Shown here: positions 1-12,247 of the stretch, in pieces
How the letters are laid out: every line of letters begins with the position of its first letter
Position numbering within the stretch: position 1 is the first letter of the stretch
Source of the DNA: Rhizodiscina lignyota
Taxonomy: Eukaryota
Length of the DNA: 64,000 nt
Assembly: GCA_010015805.1 (NCBI GenBank)
Contig: ML978136.1
Coordinates: 372,001-436,000 of the forward strand
Direction: 5' to 3'
The notes under the pieces: model-generated
Told to the model about the DNA's origin: nothing
The model's input: only the letters and a program-made list of their open reading frames with translations
Database searches by the model: none
Position numbers and translations under genes: made by a program

Positions 1-27
1 GCCTATTGCCTATGACTTTTTTCGACT

Positions 28-44
28 CGGAAATTGTATGTCCG
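28..44. promoter_or_regulatory. CGG-N11-CCG Zn2Cys6-type site upstream of dienelactone hydrolase
   Basis: CGGaaattgtatgtCCG, about 120 nt upstream of ATG 163; same architecture as sites at 6466, 7908, 8047, 13188. Confidence 0.5.
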
Positions 45-162
45 GCCAAAAGATCTCTACGTATTTCATTATCGTAGGACCGCCTTTCATGAGTTCTTTG
101 TTCCGATTTACTGATAGGTATCATTTCAGATCTTTGAGGATATTAAATTGAACGCTGTGATC

Positions 163-1110
163 ATGGCTGCAGTGAGCAAAGCTTGTTGTGTGTACGTTCA
201 ACGTTGTCTCGGTCGCAGAAAATTGCTCACCAGATGTTTGTACTAACAAGAATTTCTGTAAGCATTCCCCCTGTCATATCTCAAGGGTATCAGGCAAAAG
301 GCGAATACAAGACTCTCGATGGTCTGCAAACTTGTACGTTTATTGCTCTCGCACTAATTGAAACAAACGCTAACCGACTGGCAGATATTACTGGCCCACC
401 CGAGGCCGCTCACGCTATTTTAATAATATATGGTATTTACGACCAAATCCACACTTTCAGTCTTGACTTTGCGCTAAATTCTCATCAAAAATGAAGACAT
501 ATTTGGATTTTCTCCTCAGATTCTCCAAGGGGCTGACCTCATGGCTACTGCTGACACCCATCGCGAGTATCGGGTATTCATGCCGGATTTCTTCGAAGGT
601 TCGCCTGCCGATGGAAGTTGGTTTGCATCACAGTCCAATGAAGCACAGCAAAAGGTTGGAAACTTTTTCCAGACAAAAGCTGCACCGCCTCGGACTCTGT
701 CGAAGATCCCTGGAGTGATTGAAGACGCGAACAAGCTCAGCCTGGAAAGCAACACTGTTTTCTCAACCTGGGCAATCATGGGCTATTGCTGGGGAGGAAA
801 AGTAGCCAATCTGACTCTAAAGTCACCCACTGCGTTCAAAGTCGCGGCTCAGCTTCATCCGGCCATGTTGGATCCTGAGGATGCGAAAAACGTTGATGTG
901 CCAATGGTCCTGCTCGCATCTAAGGATGAAGACCAGAATGCTGTCGAAAAATACAAGAACAATCTCCATCCAGTTCACCATGTCGAGACCATCCCAACCC
1001 AAATTCATGGCTGGATGGCGGCTCGGGCGGATCTCAAGGATACCGAAGTTGGCAAAGAGTATCAGAGAGGATATAAGACGGTGCTGAAATTTTTCCACCA
1101 ATACCTGTAG
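163..1110 (+). CDS. Dienelactone hydrolase family protein (multi-exon)
   Basis: Starts MAAVSKACC (ATG 163), short GT-AG introns to ~520; nucleophile motif GYCWGG, QLHPAM, catalytic QIHGWMAARAD. Confidence 0.9.
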
Positions 1111-1321
1111 CATACAAAAGGATTGACGTGAAGGTTTAGAGGGAGGATAATTCATGAATGAAAATAAATTTCAGGCCTAAAGTACTTGAACTCCCACCTG
1201 TTATAGCGCTGCTAATTTCATGATCGTGGTTTTATCACTTTTTCTTAGATTCTTTTCTCTTCTCCTTTTGTTAGACTAAAATCTACTCTGGAAAACATTG
1301 ATCTCGCTACAATAAACTCTT

Positions 1322-1552
1322 CTAATACAACTCATGCTCGAGCTTTGAGACCAAGATCCCGATATACGGCGACAGCTCCACATTGAACAAGTCGCCAGCT
1401 TTCAAACAATCTGGTGTTGGATTCTTTGCTGCTCCTACTCCAGCAGTTGTTCCATAGGAATCACTGTGCCTGCCAGTAAGGTGGCTTCCTTGAGTGAGGA
1501 AGGCAACTAGTTGTGGGATGTTGTGGATCAAATCTGTCAATGGACGCTCTAG
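1322..1552 (-). pseudogene. C-terminal relic of a fumarylacetoacetate-hydrolase (FAH) family gene
   Basis: PLTDLIHNIPQLVAFLTQG..GTTAGVGAAKNP..LKAGDLFNVELSPYIGILVSKLEHE resembles the FAH C-terminus (SQGTTLxAGTVILTGTPxGVG); the intervening ATLLAGTVI is in another frame (compensating frameshifts); no 5' part visible. Confidence 0.75.
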
Positions 1553-1628
1553 GAAGAGTAGTACTGTATACATAAATGCTAAAAAGGTTAGAGAATAGAC
1601 TAGGCCGTTAATAGCTATTATAGCTATG

Positions 1629-2572
1629 CTATAATTCTAAAGTTATTATAAATGGCGAGTTCCGTTTAGAGACCTCCCTCTTTCTACTTGTCATATACGC
1701 AGCATTCACGAAAAGTGTCTGTCTGCCAGGTACGAGATCGCCTTTGCCGTCATCTACACTCGAAAAGGTACATTTCCTTGGGGAAGCAGCGGTGGATAAA
1801 ACCTGTGCGGAGTCGATCTCATCGCTACCATATTTCCATCGCACAAGCTCGATCCCATTACTGACATGATAGTGGCCAAAGACACAGAGCAGAGGTCGTG
1901 CTTGAGCGACTGCTTGGGCTTGCGCAATGCAGCCACGTAGTCGGGGAATGTCAATCCAGTCCAATCGCTTATCCGGAGGGCCATGAGTAGCCCAGATCTG
2001 AACGCCTTGATTCCGATCAGGAGCACTCTTCCAAGCTTTCGCTGCCTCAGGAGACGGCGAAGGACTGTAAGTGAATGCGTAAGGGTTGGTGTTTAGGAAA
2101 TCCGGCTGCGAAGGATTGCCATACACCATTAACGGCAGTGGTTCTCTGGAATCAGGGCGCTTGAAGTACGCTACTGTTCGCGTCTCCTGGTTCAGGTAAT
2201 ATATGCCATGCTCATGAGCTTCTCGAGAGGTGAAAAGCTGAAGCACTGATGCATCGAACGCCTTGTGACCGGGATCCAGACCTAGATCATGATTCCCTCC
2301 AAGTCATTTTAGCCGCCACTGCTGCTAATATTCCCAAGACAAGGGTACTTACCAGCAACTAAGACTTTGACCAGATGAGGTAAACTACGTATCCACTCAA
2401 ACGCTTGATTCATCTCTTTCTGGCCTCCATAGTCTGTGAAGTCGCCCGTGTGGAGCAGAATGTCGCCGTCGGGCACGGCCCCGCGAAAATCCTCGTCATG
2501 GGTATCGGAAATGCACACAATGCGAAGAACATTCGTATCGAAGATGTGTGGACCGCTGCTCTCGGATGACAT
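1629..2572 (-). CDS. Calcineurin-like metallophosphoesterase (MPPED-like), 2 exons
   Basis: CISDTH, LLHTGDFTD, VAG/NHD across an intron at ~2300-2351, THGPP, VFGHYH, FVNAA. Confidence 0.9.
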
Positions 2573-2962
2573 GGTCGTTAAGGGGTGACAGGCTCTCCTC
2601 TTTCGAAGCGGTGTAGGGCACAATGGTCGTGTACAAGGGGGGTGCCGTGGGCACCTCGTTTCTCTTTTGTTCTAGCCCCAGCCTTGTCAACAACGGCAGA
2701 CAGCCGCACGGTAGGATAAGGCGTTGAGTTTGCCTTCTTCCATCAAACCCACGTGTACAAATGTGCGCTGCGTATTGGTGCTTGAAAGTGCATCTGGCTC
2801 AGCTGGATCGCTAAAGTCCCTCACGTTGTGTACTGGAAGAGCGTGCTGTAAAGAGAGGAACGCTTGCGAAAGAGTCACAATGGCAGTATCAATGGCTTGT
2901 GTAGGCCAGGCAAAGCTCTATTTAAGAGACCTCTCATCTGTCATTGTCTTTCCAAAAGGTCC

Positions 2963-4327
2963 ATGGCCCATGAGATTAAAATTTTTTATAACGAAGCCAA
3001 CATTTCGTCCCGCACCATGCCGCCAATACCAAAGCGCGCCTACCGGCTCGTACGCACAGTCTTGCAACCTCGTTCTGCGGTCTCAGACCAAGACTTTGCA
3101 ACGACTACTTTCTCAACTTCGGGAGTTGATCTGCTCGCAATGGTAGTTTCCGATTCTGGTCTTGCAAACTCCGAACCTCAGTGGTGGAACGCTTCGCCGG
3201 TCGGCTGCGTACTCATCGGTCTCCAGCCTCGTGGCGGCTGGCAGATCTTCCAACGCAGCGTGCAATGGGGACAGGACCGATTGGCGCATGCGTTCGGCGT
3301 CAACTGCGAGGACCCTGTGTTATACGCGTACTTCGCTTGCACGATGCGCAACCGCATTGAGCTCTGGGATACACCCTGTCTTTGGAGTCCTATGGAAGGC
3401 GTGACTACCGGCCAGTGGAAACAGAGCGAGTCTTTTAAAGTGAAGAGGCCCACCAAGCTGATCGATGGAAGCAGAGGAGGCCAAGCCTTCATGTGCGAGC
3501 TGCTCAGGCCGGAAGAAGGCAAACATTACAACATAAAAGACCAGTCACAAGCGCAACTATTAAGCGTAATGCTAGTTTCTGCAGGCCTGATGAATGGCAA
3601 GAGTCAGGATGAAATCGAGACGACTATGGATGAGGTCTTCAGCGTCGGTGTTGGCCTTGGTCCGATATTCAACACCTTGAGGATCGCACTCGTGACGGCA
3701 AACATGCTCATCATCGCTTTGATCATCACTGTCTTCTATTCCCTCTGGTGTCACAACCTGTATGGTCGTGCCGTACCTTACATCGTTCAATTATCCTCAG
3801 AGCTCGCTTGGGCAACGGGAGCCACCGGGCTCCTCATGTCAGGCGGTAATCCTCGGGTACGTTTGATTCAGAGGAGGTTGCCGACACACGTTCAGTCTCG
3901 CCTAAGAGGGATGTACAATGGATCTGAGAAGAGTTCCTCAGCATTCGTCGTCAAATTTGGCTCATTGCATGGCTCCGTCTTTACAGCTGACCAGGGCCAA
4001 TGTTCGCTTCCTTATCGTCTCATCGCGCGGATCTGTGCTTGGGACATACGACTTACTAGGACGCTCCGATGGTATCTCGGTGAGTTTTGGTTCGCATTGT
4101 TCCTGCTCATGGGCATCGCTCTTCAGATTGCCGGATCCAAAGTTAGTACCCTCGGATCTGAGGTGATGGGTATTATAGTACTGCTCGCTACCTCCGTCCT
4201 TAGAGGCAGCGGCGTATCGGGATCGGAAGAATGGATGATTCCAAAGTGGAAACGACGAAAGGATACTCGCCCAGGTGCTCAGCTAGTTGGAGCGTTTACG
4301 TCGCGGGCTTCGGCATCTATGGCGTAG
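2963..4327 (+). CDS. Hypothetical multi-pass membrane protein
   Basis: Long intronless ORF (ATG 2963) with about 4 hydrophobic segments in the C-terminal half; no family recognised. Confidence 0.7.
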   Translation: MAHEIKIFYNEANISSRTMPPIPKRAYRLVRTVLQPRSAVSDQDFATTTFSTSGVDLLAMVVSDSGLANSEPQWWNASPVGCVLIGLQPRGGWQIFQRSVQWGQDRLAHAFGVNCEDPVLYAYFACTMRNRIELWDTPCLWSPMEGVTTGQWKQSESFKVKRPTKLIDGSRGGQAFMCELLRPEEGKHYNIKDQSQAQLLSVMLVSAGLMNGKSQDEIETTMDEVFSVGVGLGPIFNTLRIALVTANMLIIALIITVFYSLWCHNLYGRAVPYIVQLSSELAWATGATGLLMSGGNPRVRLIQRRLPTHVQSRLRGMYNGSEKSSSAFVVKFGSLHGSVFTADQGQCSLPYRLIARICAWDIRLTRTLRWYLGEFWFALFLLMGIALQIAGSKVSTLGSEVMGIIVLLATSVLRGSGVSGSEEWMIPKWKRRKDTRPGAQLVGAFTSRASASMA

Positions 4328-5026
4328 CTAGATCTTGTTTTATCAATAGACATACAATGAAATTTCGCGAGATTACAATTTTCTGGGCTAATCGCTGGAT
4401 TATAGGAGAAGATCTCTTGTGAAAATAGATTCGAGCACTAACTAAACGAAAGGCCTTGGATGCGAGATGAAGCGGAAAGCTCTTTGCGTAACATGCATAT
4501 TTTGAGGATATCTTGGGTCAGGTATTGGCATGCATCGTACGAGACCTAGATATGTGCTTATGCTAAGCGATCCCTAAGAATAATACTATACACAGTTGTT
4601 AATGTACTTGCGTTGGGAGCTCATCTTTCGAGATATACTTTTCAAACAGATCAAGTTCAGGGGGTTAAAAAGGGGGTGCCAAGACAAAAGCCATATCTAC
4701 AAAATCTATGATATATCCTCAGAGTTCAATTACTTGTATATTTGTAAGGAACTGAGTCTTGTACTGAGGCGTCGGAGCCGACGACATCAATATCTTGAGA
4801 GATATTCTGACAAATTCCGCTGGAGTCATTCAGCACAAAATCTCCATAAACACAGGATAGCTCGGTGAACACCTCTAAACACGAACAATCGTTGCAATTA
4901 TTCAGCTGAAGAGCCACGGCTCGGTAGAAGGAGATCTTCTTGCAAACTGTGGGGTCGATACGGACTGTCCACTGTAGCCAGTTTCCAACTGCAGAGACAT
5001 TCTCGTATGATTAAGCTACAATTTGA

Positions 5027-6079
5027 CTACAACAGAGTCTTCATGACAGTCTCCATATCCTGAGCCGGCAGTTCCAGCAAATCATTCATAACCTTTCCAG
5101 CCCTATCAAAGTCATTCCCGCCACGGATGTCCATGTTGGCATACCAGATAATGGTGCCCACTTCGCTGGGGTCACCTCTCTCAAGCTTTTCGTATGCCCC
5201 TTTCACTGCAGCATCGAGATCGACCTCTTCGATGATCCACTTTTCTCCAGTCAGCTCCTCAAAATTTTGCAGGAGCTCTGACATGGTTGTCGTGAAGCTG
5301 CGGACATAAACAATTTTGTTTGCTGTCTTTGGTGCATGAGCGGGCGACAATGCTTGAGCAACGGCCAGTCCAATCATATCAAGGGTCGTGGTGGAGAATG
5401 TCACATCCTTGTACTTTGGATAGATCGTGGCTGTCTTCGTGGCGGTGTTGAATGGAATGAAACCAACTTTGATTCCCCTACAGGATTACCACTTAGCATC
5501 ACAGGATACGTAGGAGATCTGGAGAATTACCAGTCAAAGAAAAAGCCGTTGAAGAAGGCAGTCCATTCTATTTGATCCTTTTTGCTGTCCAAGTATTTTC
5601 GTACCTTGTCCTTCTGGCTCCAGAAAGTGAAGAGTTGGAGGCCAACCTCATTGCTCGTGTCGGAACCAAATTCTGAAGGAACAAAACGCTTCACTCCAGC
5701 ATCGATCGCTGCATCAACTATTCGAATTTGGTCCGGAATTGCGTGTCCGGCAACGGTTGAGATGACGACATCTTTGCCTTTGAACACGGCCACAAGCGAG
5801 TCGTGGCTATAGTCCGTCTTCAATTGTTCGACTCCTACGGGTGGCTTGTATGTGGATGATTCGCGAGAGATAACTGAGACGTTATATCCATGTGGGGATT
5901 GTATCAGACCATTAACCACTGCAGGACTTGGATTTTCTTAGTGTTCAAGTTACGCTCCATTCGGGAAAGTGAATACCTGAGATTTCCTCCTCCCTGCCAA
6001 AGTATGTTAGCTTAAATCTGTAAATGTCGAGTTCGAGTCTTAAACGTACACCAATGACAGCAATGTTTTTGAAAGACAT
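5027..6079 (-). CDS. NmrA-like / isoflavone-reductase-like NAD(P)-dependent reductase
   Basis: MSFKNIAVIG + 17-nt micro-exon GGGNL; DAAIDAGVKRFVPSEFG; WTAFFNGFFFDW; 3 GT-AG introns. Confidence 0.9.
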
Positions 6080-6249
6080 CAAGAAAAAACTTAGCGGGGA
6101 TAATTCTAACGATTGTTTTTCTTGTTGAGCTGCGACTAATGGACGAAAGCCCGACCATCCAGACATTTATAAAGGTATCATACCATCAATGTTTTTCTGT
6201 TTTACTAATCAAAGATCTTGACGCCTGCATTAAAAAGGGGATAGATACT

Positions 6250-6260
6250 CGGATATAATA
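6250..6260 (+). promoter_or_regulatory. CGGATATAATA half-site in the NmrA/Luz-like divergent promoter
   Basis: Exact 11-mer also present on the reverse strand at 6472-6482 and 7914-7924. Confidence 0.5.
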
Positions 6261-6465
6261 GAATTCGTATCAAGAAATGGAATACCATGCCCAGTCGCGG
6301 CGGAGAATCAGTATATCAGGCCTACTTCGTGGATTCCCAGGTCTCTGCGGACGGGAAAACGTCCTCTTTGAACCCCTGCTTCTGGCGGGGCCAGCGGGTA
6401 GCGGGTGGTGGCGGGATGGAATGGTCGGGTCCAGGGTGTTTCGTCAACTCCGTCTTTCCAGCAAC

Positions 6466-6482
6466 TGGATATATTATATCCG
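6466..6482. promoter_or_regulatory. TGG-N11-CCG near-palindromic Zn2Cys6-type site
   Basis: tGGATATAtTATATCCG, perfect 7-bp inverted repeat; ~160 nt upstream of the Luz-like ATG; TATAAA at ~6570. Confidence 0.55.
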
Positions 6483-6639
6483 ACAGCGAAAATTGGAGCT
6501 TTCTCCACACTAAGGTGACGTTGTGACTTGAACTTCTGATATCTCTCCGAGGCTCCACTCTGTTCTAGGTATAAACGCCACCCGAAGCCCAGTGCTCTTG
6601 GTGACTTGGTCTTTCAGATCCTCCGCAATTTCCTCCGCA

Positions 6640-7631
6640 ATGACATCTTCCTCCGTTTCCTCTACCGTACGCTCCATGTTCTCCGCCCTAGATGGCAACT
6701 TTGTCTGGGGAAAAGATTCTTTGCTCTCCAGGAGCCTTGGCAGCAGCACCAGCAGGATCATCAATCCCAAATCTGCAGCATTCCAATCCCTTATTGTTCT
6801 TCTCTCGGCAGCTGGAGCTTATGCTGCATATCGCGACTATCGCAGCTACATAAGCCTAGGACCTGGCGGTGCCCCTCACAATGTTATAGGATGGTTCTTT
6901 GTATCCATGTTATTGTCTCCCCTGGGGCAAAATATGTTGAGTCTTAAAGTATACGACCACTGCACAGACAATACAAGTATCATTGGCGATATCCCAATAC
7001 GTCAGGGAAGCAGACCCATCATTGCTCGACATGCCGTGCCACAACGACAGGTTAATCAAGTCCCAGACAAAGAAATTACTATGGTGTGCCTCCTGAAGCT
7101 TGAGTTCCATTCGCAGAGGCTGATTTTTCGCAGGCGCTGGTGGCTTCATTCAATGAATTTTACGAGAAAAACAAACATCTTCTCAAACTTGCACCCTCAC
7201 TCCACGAGAAGCGCGGAAATGCACTCTTCCTCGCAGATACAATCGCAGGCAATCAACCGATCGCTGACGAAATGCTCCGGGAGGTTGCACACATCCATAA
7301 ATTAGGAGATTATTCTCTCCACATAGCTCTACCGCCTCAAGACTGTAAGTTTCACATCTTTCTCACTCCACATATCGACCCTTTGTTCTCCAGAATTTAC
7401 AGTGTAAATATCGCAGGCAAGAAGGTTGTCCGCGCCGGCTGGGGCCAACGACATGCTCTGTCTGGTGGAACGATATTAGCTCGTATTGGTATCAAAGGCT
7501 TCTATCTGCCAGTTCAGTACACCCTCATCTATTCGCCCCGCAATCGAGCAGAGATCGAAGTCGTCATGAAACTTGTCCGAGCAAGCACGGCTTACCTTGC
7601 AAATGTCCCACTTGAAACCATTGAACCTTGA
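6640..7631 (+). CDS. Fungal luciferase (Luz)-like / DUF5519 family protein, 3 exons
   Basis: N-terminal TM then RDYRSYISLGPGGAPHN, IPIRQGSRP..PQRQ..Q, EVAHIHKLGDYSLHIALPPQDCK..GWGQRHALSG, LIYSPRN..E..VV; introns 7084-7133 and 7345-7416. Confidence 0.85.
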
Positions 7632-7907
7632 GAATCTCTAAGAGATGGACATGTACAATACCTAAAAGATGCACGACGAGAACTGTCGGACCGCATGAAT
7701 GGAATCATATGTTGAACGGTTGATTCAATGTACCCCTTGTTGTATATGCTCCCTGGACCTAGGGTTATGTTGTTGATACGTGCGAAACTATATCTAGCTT
7801 AAGCAGGCTTGTAGCTAATTGGTTGTCGGTTCGCGACCGGTCGGTCATGCCTGAGCTTGAAACATCGGGGTGCTCCATAGCCAGCATATAAGAGCTTAAA
7901 TGTACTC

Positions 7908-7924
7908 CGGCGATATTATATCCG
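7908..7924. promoter_or_regulatory. CGG-N11-CCG site upstream of PEBP gene
   Basis: CGGcgatattatatCCG. Confidence 0.55.
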
Positions 7925-8016
7925 CAAGAACACGCATTGCATCATTTGACTGACAGCGTTTGTAATTATTCTTCCAATTGCTCCGAGATGCAATTACGGC
8001 CGAATCGACGCGTTTG

Positions 8017-8063
8017 TTCATTGCTCGGATGCATTTATTCATTGCTCGGATGTAACAATACCG
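8017..8063. promoter_or_regulatory. Direct repeat TTCATTGCTCGGATG x2; second copy forms CGG-N11-CCG (8047-8063)
   Basis: Copies at 8017-8031 and 8038-8052; CGGatgtaacaataCCG. Confidence 0.55.
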
Positions 8064-8160
8064 GTTGGTCTACTTAGATATAATAGATGGCTATTTCGCT
8101 GGAGGCATAACGTAGATTTAATTCACTCTCTTCAACCAGAAAAGGAGCAAAGGAAACAAA

Positions 8161-8975
8161 ATGCATTCTCTTAAGAAGGCAATTCTCTCTTTCTCTATTT
8201 TGGGCCATGTCCTCGCGCAGACTCCTTCCGGAATATCTCCAGCCACGAAACAGAGTCTCAGTGTCGAATATGGCAGCACAAACTTTACCGAGGGTCAATT
8301 ACTCACTAAAAATCGTATGTGTCATCTGACTCGAATTTTTGCATATTTTGCATATTTTGAAGAGTCTACTGACACCTTTTTGCAAAACCAGTTGTCGCTG
8401 AGCAGCCTTCGATTGGTACCTTTGAGTACATGACCGGCACATACACCGTGATCTTGGTTGATCTTGATGCAGCTTATCAGGACAAGCGTACTGAGGTTCT
8501 GCATTGGCTTCAAACAGACCTCGTCGTATCTCGCACTTCTTCGCAGAACGTCTATCCGTTGGGAGCATCTCCAACAAACAATGTCTCCGCACTCGCTCCT
8601 TACTATCCCCCCGGTCCACCGCTGGAAGTCCCCGCGCACCCTCATCGCTACACACTACTTTTATTTAGCCAGGTACACGGCGCAGAGATTACCATCTCTA
8701 GTGCCCTTAATCAGACGCTGACGAACCGTGTGGGATTCAATCTCAGCGATTTTGCGGTGAATTCAGGGATCGGCCCATTGGCTGCTTCCAAATATTTCAC
8801 CCTCGTCAACACCACATCGAGTTCCTCTTCGGCTTCACCCAGTGGAACAGGCGGGACAGCTGTCGCATCAGCTTCTAGCTCACCGTCCTCTTCCTCGGCT
8901 GCCGACGTCGGGCCTTATTTCGCGTCAAACTTGATCGGGCTTGTGCTTTTGGGGATCGCGTATGTCTGTCTCTGA
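8161..8975 (+). CDS. Secreted, probably GPI-anchored PEBP-family protein
   Basis: Signal peptide MHSLKKAILSFSILGHVLA; YTVILVDLD, LHWLQ, PYYPPGPP..HPHRYTLLLF; Ser-rich stalk and hydrophobic C-terminal tail; one intron. Confidence 0.85.
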
Positions 8976-9700
8976 CGAACCACGGTGGCCTCAGATTCAG
9001 GTCGTCAGGAAGAGTTGGAACAGAATGACTGTAGAGGTCTGCATAATTTATCAGTCGACGGTGCCTCTCGAAATGCAAGGTCATCTGGGATGAGAAGAGT
9101 TGGTGTTGCTTCAGTCTTTCTGTAATATTAGTTTCGAAAAGCAAGTATAAGTTGGTGAGATAGACCGTTAGAAATATGACTACTCCTTAGGTCAATTACT
9201 TTTGTACGGAGTAGGGGAGGCAGCAATAGAAAAGATCTCGGCGCTATCAAAATGAAGAGCCAGGGGGGAATTTCGCCTTAACGCTATTCGCTGAACGCTG
9301 CTAACCATCTGTGGGAGGAGGGAGTGGAGCTGCATAGATTGATTGGTGCAAATCCCTGCTAGCGTGCATCAAACACGAAAATCTCGGAAGCTGCCTGTCA
9401 GCACGTGACTACGCGTGGCCGGGCCGCTAAGGCCTAAGGAGCCCCTGCAGGCCTTCAAATACATAACTAGCTACTTACTTCGTACGTCTGAGTCCTCACT
9501 CACGTAGTCATCTCTACTTGCGCTATTGTAGCTTTTTCGTCCTTTTCATTCAAAGGCCTTGATTAGAAATCTTAGACATTGCACTCTCCGCCTCGGAAAT
9601 CACGTGCTTGACAAATTACTCTGTACCTACCCAGCTCGATTTCATATTCAACTCGCTCGTTCGATTCCGTATTCGTGTTCCAGTGTGCGGTTTATTCAAC

Positions 9701-12219
9701 ATGGATGTTTCGCATGAAATTCGTCTCAAAAATGATGCTCGAGCTCTTCTTGCAGAAGCTTCGACAGCAGCAGGCATGCGCAATCGACCCCAGCTTTCAT
9801 GTACACCTTGCAGACAACGAAAGCGAGTGTCCCATCCTTGCTTCTACTCGGGTTTGCATTGAATGCGAGCACTAACTAATGCTTGCACAGACTGAAATGT
9901 GATAGGGGAAGGCCTTGTGAGAACTGTGTCAAGAGAGAAGAACTCGACACCTGCATCTACCCAAGATACGCCAAACGCAGCCTCCGCACTCCGGACAAGG
10001 CAAAGGAGCGAATCAACAAACTTGAAAACTTGTTTATGGAGCTGTCTAAAGGGAATGATAATTTCCCCAGCTCTGATAAATTGAATACTGGAGATGAGTC
10101 TCTGGTGAGGGATCAGAGATCCATGAACGGGAGTGAAATTTCTCCAAGATCTCTGTGTACAGACACATCTAATTCCACAACGCCTCTGAAATGGAAAGAT
10201 ATTCTCGAAGACGTAAGCAGATACGATATATGGATTCTTCAGTAAATCTTCCGCGCAGTTAATATTTGGCAGATTACAGAAATTAAAGAGTACTTCGAAG
10301 GACACGAACTCGACCTCAAACAAGACGTTGATAAACTTCAAACTACGAAGAGCGACCTGCAACTTGCGGATCTTCTTTGTGGAATACACTGCAAGCAAGA
10401 TGTGTCTCTCTTGATCGCAGGCCTTCCCGAACGGCCTCTGGTCGATAGACTGGTTGCGAACTACTTCGACTACTCGTTTATGTTCAGACGTATGTGGCTC
10501 TGTGCATAGTGTGGCTCATTATTCCACTGAATTGACCAAATTCCACAGCCGTTATCCATCCCAAGCAATTCCAGCGAGAGGTACGCATATGTATCCTGCT
10601 CTAAACACTGTACGTCAGTGATACTGACCTCTACCATTTCAGTATTCTCGGTTCTGGAAATCACCATCAACCGTTTCCAAAGTGTGGCTGGGGCTTTTAT
10701 TCGCTATGATTCGACTATCTGCCGAGACCCTTCGAAATGTGTCGAGCAATGCCTCACCTGAACTTCTCCTGTCCGACGAGACGATCTCAATCTTTCGAAC
10801 TTGCGCCGTTCAATGCCTAGCATTGGAAGATTATACCAACGGCAATATCCACGGCCTGCAAGGCCTTCTCACACACCTCGAGTCCGAATACATGCGTTCC
10901 TTGGATTCACAGGCGAACTTGTGGATTCTAACTGGAACGACTGTCCGTATTGCCCTCATGAATGGCTTGCACCGAGACCCAAGCCACTATGCAAACCTCT
11001 CTCCTTTTGAGTCAGAAATGCGTCGCCGTCTGTGGGTGTGTGTTGTTCACTGCGATGTGCTGCTCTCGTTCCAGATGGGTTTGCCAGCTATGATCCCAAC
11101 AGCGCAGACGGATACGAGTCTGCCAAGGAATCTTCGAGAGGATGATTTTGATGAAGACATGGGAGGACTGCCACCAAGTAGGCCAATTGATGATGCAACT
11201 ACCATATCATTTTATCTGGTGAAGGCGCCTTTGGTCGAAGTGTTCGGAAGGGTCGCATCGCATCTGCAAACCGTGCATATGAGCGATGAGCTAATGAAAA
11301 CGCTAGATGCGGAGTTACAGGCTGCATGGGATGGGGTACCTGCATACTATCGAGTACGTCCAATTGACGAATCACTGATTGACCCGGCGTACATGATCAT
11401 GCGACGATACGCGGTGAGCCAGATCCACCTGACCGCGGTGTGTATCCTGCATCGAAAGGGATTAGTGCTTGCCCGATCCCACGAACAGTTCAACTGGTCG
11501 CGGAAAGCTTGTATGGACGGGGCCATGACGCTACTGGGATATCAAGCTGTCAGACATCGAGAAACTCAACCGGGCGGACGACTCTCTGGTCTCCGAAGCA
11601 TGATGATGTCTATCACAAAAAACGACTATCTCCTAGCCGCAATGCTGGTCTGCCTGGATGTGCACCTCACCGTAGCTCAGCCGTCGAGCATTTGCACTGA
11701 TCTCGCCATCTGGGGCTGGGATCGTACCGAGGAGATGTTGAAAGCCCTGGAGACTTCGTATTATATTTGGAAAGAGTATAGTCAAGAATCAGCCGAAGCA
11801 TTCAAGGCGAGTGAAGCTTTAGCTGCCATGCTGGAAAAACTCCGACCCGAATTCGGTATTACCACCAAATACGGGTCTTCTGCTTCCCTCGGCCAAATCC
11901 CTTTTCAATTTGATGACTTTGGTATGCTTAAACTGTTTCCATGTTCGATTTTGACCCTTGTCTCATATTTCTCGTAGTGCCTACCGGAACGACCATTGAG
12001 TCTGGGAATGGAGACAACACGTCGTATGGTGCAGACATGCCGCTATCGCAGATGTTTGTTGAGCCAGAGAGCATTGATTGGGTACGTGGAAAATTGAGCT
12101 TACATCCAAAAATGTTCAGATCTAACTTCTGTGACTCATATCAGGACGAGCTCGATCGCTATTTCATCAATTGCAGCCCTCCTGTCAATAGCTGGATGAA
12201 CCCCACAGACATGACTTAA
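9701..12219 (+). CDS. Zn(II)2Cys6 transcription factor with fungal-specific TF domain
   Basis: SCTPCRQRK/LKCDRGRPCENCVKREELDTC; GLHRDPSHY..FESEMRRRLW; C-terminal IDW/DELDRYF; several introns, the first GC-AG (9823-9890). Confidence 0.92.
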
Positions 12220-12247
12220 TTTGTATGGCATTTTGTTACATCTCTGT

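Noticed and set aside
6640..7631. Complete bioluminescence cluster
   Set aside because: No hispidin synthase PKS or H3H hydroxylase in the window, and the FAH gene is a relic
12216..12219. Overlapping stop codons of TF and tautomerase
   Set aside because: Careful re-translation puts the tautomerase stop at 12248-12250
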